Positions 59,651 to 64,000 of a stretch of DNA of 64,000 nucleotides are shown in pieces. The first letter of the stretch is position 1. Every line of letters begins with the position of its first letter. The position numbers and the translations under genes are program-made. The DNA comes from Amphiscolops sp. MND2022 (taxonomy: Eukaryota), in the NCBI GenBank assembly GCA_964187785.1, contig OZ076409.1, positions 41,976,001-42,040,000 on the forward strand, given 5' to 3'. The notes beneath the pieces were generated by a model, which searched no databases, had not been told where the DNA came from, and worked only from the letters and a program-made list of their open reading frames with translations.

Positions 59651-62600
59651 CTTTTTTTCATTTTCCTCAAAAGAAATTTCATTCATCTTTTTAGTCCTTT
59701 CATCAAAATATACTGATCTGAAACTAGATATGTTCACTAAGTTTTGGGTCTTGGTATATACCCTTTTTGTAGCACCTTCTTCGGACAATTGAACGTTTCT
59801 GCTCGAGCCCAAGCGCGACATACCGTCGCGCCTATGTTTTCAAAATGCCATGACTAGCAAACTGTCCGGAGTACTTTTGAGTGCAACCAGAGGCGCAGTG
59901 GCACTGTGATATTTTTGTATACTGTTACAACAGCAAAGAGGGGACGTTTCAGGGTTAAAAAAATCATTGACTCAAGGTATCAGATGAACCGATTATAGGG
60001 TTTTCCAAAAAAAAACGTTTTCGTCAGCAAAACGTCGCAAAGTGCCGGGATTACCCAAAGGTCTAACCGTTTAACCCTAATCAACCCAGCGTTACTTTAT
60101 GGCAACATACCTTTTTTCAATTTTTAATCCGTTTTGCCAGTAGCCCCTATTCTGTAGCACAGTTTTTTTCGCAACATTTCCTTGGTAACTAGATTGGTTT
60201 CAATGGCACAGGCATGAGGAAAAGTGAATATGTCTCCGAAACTGAGAAAAATGAGTTTAGTGCACAAAAATGGTTGTTTTTTTCCAAATTTCCGTTTTTG
60301 GCGAAATCCAGTTTTCTCAAAAAATCTTGACACATAGCAAAAACCAAACCCATACACTTGCACAACAAGTTCTTATGCAACAAATCCCAATAAGTTTTTT
60401 GTTGTACACTACAAGCAAGCCCCGTTGGTACCGGAAAAAGAAACTAAAATTCTGAAGGGGCGCGCGGCGACAGGAGCTCATCTAATCAAAATAAAAGCCT
60501 AATACCAGACCTTTCAAATGCGCTATATTCGGTTTCTCTGGTTCGCGTAGTTGTGGAGATATTGATGATTTAAATTTTACAAATAGTTTTTTTGAAAATT
60601 TGCAAAGTTGCCCGGGTCAATTAGATTAAGCTCAAAAAAGCTTTTTCTAAACTTTAAACATAAAAAAACCAGGCCGCAAACCTCTAGTGAAAAGCAAAAA
60701 AATGTTGAAAAGCTGCACAGAGCCTAAAAAGGTCTTTTTCACAAACTTTGAGAGAACTCACAAGACTCACACAGGTCACCTTTAGCCAAAGAGGTATCCC
60801 CTAAGACTCAGAAACCAGTTTTCTTCAACAGAACAACTTTTTTCCGGTAAGTCACACAGTGACAAAAAACAAAAGAGGAGCCTTTATGCTCGCAAAACGC
60901 TTGTTTCCTTGTAAACATCAACGTGGGGCTTCGTTAAAAAAAGACGCATAGTGGTGAAAAACCCCCTTAATCTTTCCTCTACCTTTTAAGATAAAACTTC
61001 TGTGGCCAAACACATTTTTTTTGTTTCTGAAGAAAACAAAAAATACGATTAACTGATGACTCGTAACAATTATGCTCGCAGTTCAAAAACTGGCTATACT
61101 CCACGAACACTGTGCTATTGTCGTTTGAATAATACTCGAAGTATATAGAAAGAATTAGGACAAATTGGTGTAGCCTGGAACTGAAATTTTGAAATTATTA
61201 GCAACAAAAGATCTCGAAGTCAGAAGTGCAGTCAAGTTTTCCGCCTGTCAAAATACTGACATTTTTGGTTGTTCAACGATTATTGAGAACAGATTCAAGT
61301 TAGAGCATTTGTTGCTGGTGTCCTCCGTTATGGAGGTAATTTTTGAGAGATTGCATGCAAAAGTTCGGGAATATCCGAACTTCTAAAAACAGAAAGTGAT
61401 TTAAAGACCTTTCAATTTCGAAAAAAAAAACCAGAGGGACACACTTCAAAGAGTGTTACTTTTCTAGGCGAAACCTAACATAAAAAGCTTCTAGACATTA
61501 TTAAGAAGCCGGGAACGGCTCAAATTGGCGCCCAGGTCAGGTTTAAAAAATTAAAGTTCCTTGAGTTTGCAAAAGTTTATCAAATTTGCAATTCCGGAAA
61601 ATACCCAAAGAGACACCATAACACTCAAAAACCGCTTTTGTTCCCAGCTGGAAATATCAAGAAAATTTCTCAAAATCAAATTTTCTCAAAAAATTCTTTC
61701 TCTGGAAAAATGTTTCATAGTGTCAAAAAGCAAAAAGGAGCTTTATGCTCGCAAAACAATTTTTTTTCACACCGAAAACATAAAAGTGAAAAGGGAATGA
61801 AAAAGTTTGACCAAATGGAAAAGTTTTCGAAGAAAAGTTGTACAGTGCTGAAAAAAGCTGAAAGTCTTTTCCACAAAAACTTTCATCATTTCTTATAGAC
61901 CAAAAAATGATTTTGAATTTTTTCTTTCCGGAAAAGTCTCGTAGCGTCAAAAAACTCAAATGCTCGCTCGAAACCCTCCAAGTTCGGAAAATGTTTTTGG
62001 AAGTCAAATAGTTTAAAAAGTGAAGGGGTACCTTTTGACCGAATAATGTTTTTTTTCGAAAAATGCCGCACAGTGCTAGAACACTCAGTTTTTCCATAGG
62101 AAACTGTGGTTTTTCTACAGGTATTGAGAAAACTCTCATCAGTTCCACGGGATCAAAAAATAATCAGGTCATATATTATTTGGGGATTGGTAAATTATTA
62201 AACTCATAAGCAGGACTCGGAGAAGGATTTTCCTTGCAGAAAATCTCAAAAAATTAAAACTTGTGAATGAAAGTTGGATGTAAACTATCTACATAATGTG
62301 AAAATCAATGTTTTAGAATATACGCTAGGTGGGATCTTACAAACTTTTGAGCCTTGACCTTCTTGGCTTGATTCGTATTGTTTTGTTTGGTTTTATTTCA
62401 CTTCTTCATATGAAAAAATTCAGACGTTCGTGACCTGTTTCATATTGATTATGGTGATATTCATAAAAAGTAAACTTTGATGTTTTCGAACCAAAACTTG
62501 ATTTTGAATTTTGATCTGGAAATAATCTTTAGCCCATCAACAATAAAATAGGGTTTTCCAAGCAATTCAACTGATTGATAAGTGTAAGATTTTTAGTTTT

Positions 62601-62757
62601 CCAGTAGCTTTAACTATTTGTTGAGAATAGCTCCACTACAACTCAATTAAACCCGTAGGTACCATGCACGAGACAAGGACTGGCTGAGTATCTACATAAA
62701 TTTTTATTAACTCCGAAGAAGAGACGAATCAACTTAATCGAAGGCGGTGGGGGTAAG

Positions 62758-63580
62758 TGTGACAAGGAAATCACGATCTTTACAACTTTGCTATTTTTCC
62801 CTCTTTCAGGGGTTTGTCTCGCTACTCTTGGACTGTTTGAAATTATCTTTTCGCTGATGAAAAGAAGCAGGTTGAACGTTAATTACTATACATCAAATAA
62901 ATAAGTCGAGTACTAGACATAAATACAATTTCACATCCACGAATAATAGAATGAATAATATGATAACATCGATAATAGCGGAGAATATTACTGAGTATAT
63001 TAGCAGGCATATTAGGAGGCATATAACACAAGAGAACAGTAAACAAGAATTTCAGCAAGGTTAAGTTTTTGTATCCGTAAGGATGGGGGTGATATCGAAG
63101 ATATCGGAAGAGTCAACTCGCCGCAAAATCTCTATCGGTCTTGGAGTGAAAACAGCAATCCGTGTATTATCAGCCCACTTAGGCTTAAACCGTGTATTAT
63201 CAGCCCACTTAGGCTTAAACCGTGTATTATCAGCCCACTTAGGCTCAACCGTGTATTATCAGCCCACTTAGGCTCAACCGTGTATTATCAGCCCACTTAG
63301 GCTCAACCGTGTATTATCAGCCCACTTAGGCTCTTTTACATGTAATACGATAGACCAGCAGTCCACCCTACTCCCGGGTCGAAATCCGTACTAGCGAAAA
63401 GCGGGGTAGCAACAAATCAGGCAACTTCAGGTTGTTAGGCTGAAGGCACGGGCTAACCGGCCAGACGAAGTAAACCTGCAATTTCGATAGTCCGGCGTCT
63501 GATGCGGGATGCTATCGGACGCAAAGCAGCAAACCGTTCTCTAGATTTCAACTCACTTTGTGTGTCGCTAAAATGGCACA
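62758..63580. mobile_element. LTR-like fragment
   Basis: TGTGACA follows the purine-rich GAAGGCGGTGGGGGTAAG; possible end TGGCACA at 63580; no TSD, orientation unclear. Confidence 0.4.
63157..63333. repeat. Minisatellite, 6 copies of a 29-30-bp unit
   Basis: CCGTGTATTATCAGCCCACTTAGGCT(TA/C)AA starting at 63160, 63190, 63220, 63249, 63278, 63307. Confidence 0.97.
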
Positions 63581-64000
63581 CACTTCGGCCTAAGTTACTT
63601 TTTCGGCAGTTTAGTCATATCATTATTCATAGTTTATCATCTTTCCTTTTTCGGGTTCTGACTAAGTGTTGAGCAATACAGTTTTTTCCTACTTCGGTAC
63701 TGAAAGTTCATTAGAAGTACATTTTCTCAGCACGAGTCGGTCCTAGTTCCACCTCCTTGTCAATCATGACTGATGGTTTTACTTCGTTTTCAATAGAATT
63801 TAAGGGGTGGTGCTACTGACTCAGTGTTTCCCACTTTTGTAAGCACGACTTGAATTTCGGCTTACTGATTGACATTTGCACTTTTTGCCAGGTCTCTTTT
63901 TCTCACGCGGTTCCTGACAACTCTCTTCAACTAAAAATGGCTGAAGGAAACAATTTTCTACAATTTACAATGACCTAAAAGGCGATTTCAATTCATATCA

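Noticed and set aside
63157..63333. CRISPR-like array
   Set aside because: Units are head-to-tail with no unique spacers, there are no cas genes, and the context is eukaryotic

Overview
Repeat-rich, AT-rich animal (invertebrate-type) genomic DNA with one 200-N scaffold gap. One spliced host gene runs on the + strand from 19.7 to 56.8 kb. Eight visible exons join in phase (1893 nt, 5'-partial) and encode a DEG/ENaC-family channel whose ectodomain carries at least three full LDL-receptor class A repeats and an ShK domain. Three large LTR retrotransposons lie in or upstream of this gene, all in the sense orientation. (1) A decayed Ty3/Gypsy 3' portion (1-4961). (2) A full-length BEL/Pao element (8961-18229, AATAG TSD) whose LTRs contain a tRNA-like Pol III cassette and whose leader holds an SGNH-like ORF. 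(3) A very young 18.9-kb Ty3/Gypsy element (26688-45596) whose intact ~3100-aa Gag-Pol has a pseudo-protease + protease tandem and a C-terminal tail with AT-hook, Cys4 motif and two TARG1-like macrodomains, followed by a large ORF2 with an SGNH-like fold. The rest is solo LTRs, Helentron/DINE-1-like non-autonomous elements, Tc1/mariner remnants, foldback repeats and a minisatellite. All domain calls come from reading motifs by eye; no searches were run.
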